Below the pieces are notes generated by a model. That model was not told where the DNA came from. It saw only the letters and a program-made list of their open reading frames with translations, and made no database searches. Of a DNA stretch of 64,000 nucleotides, positions 61,808 to 64,000 are shown one piece after another (positions within the stretch are counted from its first letter, which is position 1; each line of letters begins with the position of its first letter). The translations under genes and the position numbers were made by a program. Source of the DNA: Eledone cirrhosa (taxonomy: Eukaryota); the NCBI GenBank assembly GCA_964016885.1, contig OZ024743.1, positions 375,534,001 through 375,598,000 of the forward strand, read 5' to 3'.

Positions 61808-61852
61808 TATATTGTATTGATTTTTATACATTATATATAATATATATATATG

Positions 61853-62016
<164 letters not shown>

Positions 62017-62104
62017 TATAATATATATATATAATATATATATATTATATATATATAATATATATATAATATATATATATATAATATATATATATTATAT
62101 ATAT

Positions 62105-62390
<286 letters not shown>

Positions 62391-62431
62391 TATATATATA
62401 TATATACATATTCTGTCATTACTACTACAGA

Positions 62432-62516
62432 GGTCCGACGAGCTTTTGATTCCAGAGTCGGGTCAGATCAATACAGAGCAAACCTTGAGCTGATCAGTAG
62501 CGAAACACGCGTCACC
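62432..62516 (+). ncRNA. Type I hammerhead, U4C variant, extended stem II (element 62409-62628)
   Basis: ggt-CCGACGA-GCU..AGC-GAAAC-acgc-GUC^-acc, then AATAAA. Confidence 0.68.
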
Positions 62517-62633
62517 AACCAATAAACGTAATGAAAGCGTAACCCTGCGTCCTCGATACTAACGTGAACCTAAACATCGAGTGCTCACTCGGGTGAACCT
62601 ACAGTAACTCCGCGTTGCACTCCCTGTATATAT

Positions 62634-62695
<62 letters not shown>

Positions 62696-62940
62696 ATACA
62701 TATTACGTAAGAAATTATGGCCATATTTCATAGCAAGCACTCTCCCACATTGTTTCTAGACATAGATTTTGAATACGAAATTAATTTCTAATGTAAGTAA
62801 TTTTTAACAACCGTAATTACCATCATGTAATTGATGTCTCTCTAATTGGCTCTGATGGTGTTTTTTTTTTTAGAAAAATATATTCGCTTATATGTAAATT
62901 AATGGACTTCATTATACTAATTGCTTGGTTACTGTACTAA

Positions 62941-62945
<5 letters not shown>

Positions 62946-63028
<83 letters not shown>
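62946..63028. repeat. (GA)n microsatellite
   Basis: Direct reading. (GT)n tracts also at ~41080-41146, 62640-62694, 63329-63384, 63570-63706. Confidence 0.95.
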
Positions 63029-63031
<3 letters not shown>

Positions 63032-63094
63032 AACAACAAATAAATACAAAAATATTTCATACTCTTTGACCACATCTAAATATATAAGTATATA

Positions 63095-63300
63095 AATTGT
63101 TGGGTGAAGAAATGCCAAGATTTCCGAGTGGGCGGAAACTGTAGAAGAAAAAGACCAAGAAAATGTTGGGTTGATGTGGTGAAAGATGAACTCCAGAAGG
63201 TGATGAAAAAAGAAAATCCTGTGGAGAGAGTCTGTACTGGAGAGGATTCATCTAATCCATGCAAGCACGGGAAAATAGATGTACAAACGACGATGATATC
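63095..63300 (+). mobile_element. Decayed RTE-type LINE 3' end
   Basis: VKKCQDFRVGGNCRRKRPRKCWVDVVKDEL followed by atccatgcaagcacgggaaaatagatgt..acgatgat. Confidence 0.6.
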
Positions 63301-63321
63301 AATCAAGATGTGGGATGGGGG

Positions 63322-63388
<67 letters not shown>

Positions 63389-63614
63389 GCTAACAACGAA
63401 AAGCAGCACGGAAGACCCCTATAATACACTGATGATGTGTATTAGTTTAACACTTGATATAATAAGAAAAGGGTATTAACGTTTCAGACGATAGTCTTTT
63501 ATCGGAAGATAAATTGAAAGAATAAAAAGAAATAGAAAGATAGGCGGGAGCAAAAGCAAAAGCAAAAGGGTGTGTGTGTGTGTTCCTCTGTGTGTGAGAG
63601 AGAGAGAGAGAGTG

Positions 63615-63712
<98 letters not shown>

Positions 63713-64000
63713 CATGAGAAAACTGTTCAGTTTTATCAAAGACCGATATTCACTTGAAGGTTTATAATTATTGAATTTTAGAATTATACGTTTTTTCTGA
63801 ATCTTCTCAGAAAAAAAAAGAGAAGAGCGGGAAAAAATAACGTTGTATCTTCTTGCTCAAATACTATTCTCATCAAATATAATATTTAAAATAACGATAT
63901 TAGTGGAACAATATTAGATGCAAATATTAAGATATTCAACATCAAAATGTGTTGCTAGTTTTATTTGAAAATAAATATCCATATTGATTTTATCGAAATA

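Larger units (their letters stand above)
57636..61833 (+). mobile_element. PLE (probably Naiad clade) with ~610-bp inverted pseudo-LTRs (57713-58326 / 61222-61833)
   Basis: Coding 58335-60393: SDKTKNLY, TLKDHK, RLINPAK, FDIVDFYPSI, MGSYDSA, GLYRDDGL, CSC..CPL.G.C..IVY..YVG, CTLC; frameshifts and stops. Confidence 0.9.

Overview
Eukaryotic, AT-rich, apparently gene-free region. The tRNA-derived SINE family and repeat texture resemble octopus/coleoid cephalopod DNA (inference). It is a mosaic of long (TA)n microsatellites with retroelements inserted in them: a CR1-type LINE with a PHD-like ORF1 (2.9-7.1 kb), four copies of a second APE-RT LINE family (one with an uninterrupted 1006-codon ORF2), a full-length Tx1/L1-type LINE (51.5-57.3 kb), RTE remnants, about 11 SINEs and five coding Penelope-like element (PLE) copies with GIY-YIG endonucleases. 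The main non-obvious signal is a dense set of about 20 type I hammerhead ribozyme (HHR) motifs from more than 10 sequence families. Many lie in head-to-head fold-back mini-elements made of a short arm with a fixed end and a long arm with a tail, inserted in (TA)n. Three families carry a U3-A8 core (UUGANAA) in place of C3-G8. All folds were done by eye and none is tested. The many 'YIYIYI' ORFs are microsatellite artefacts.
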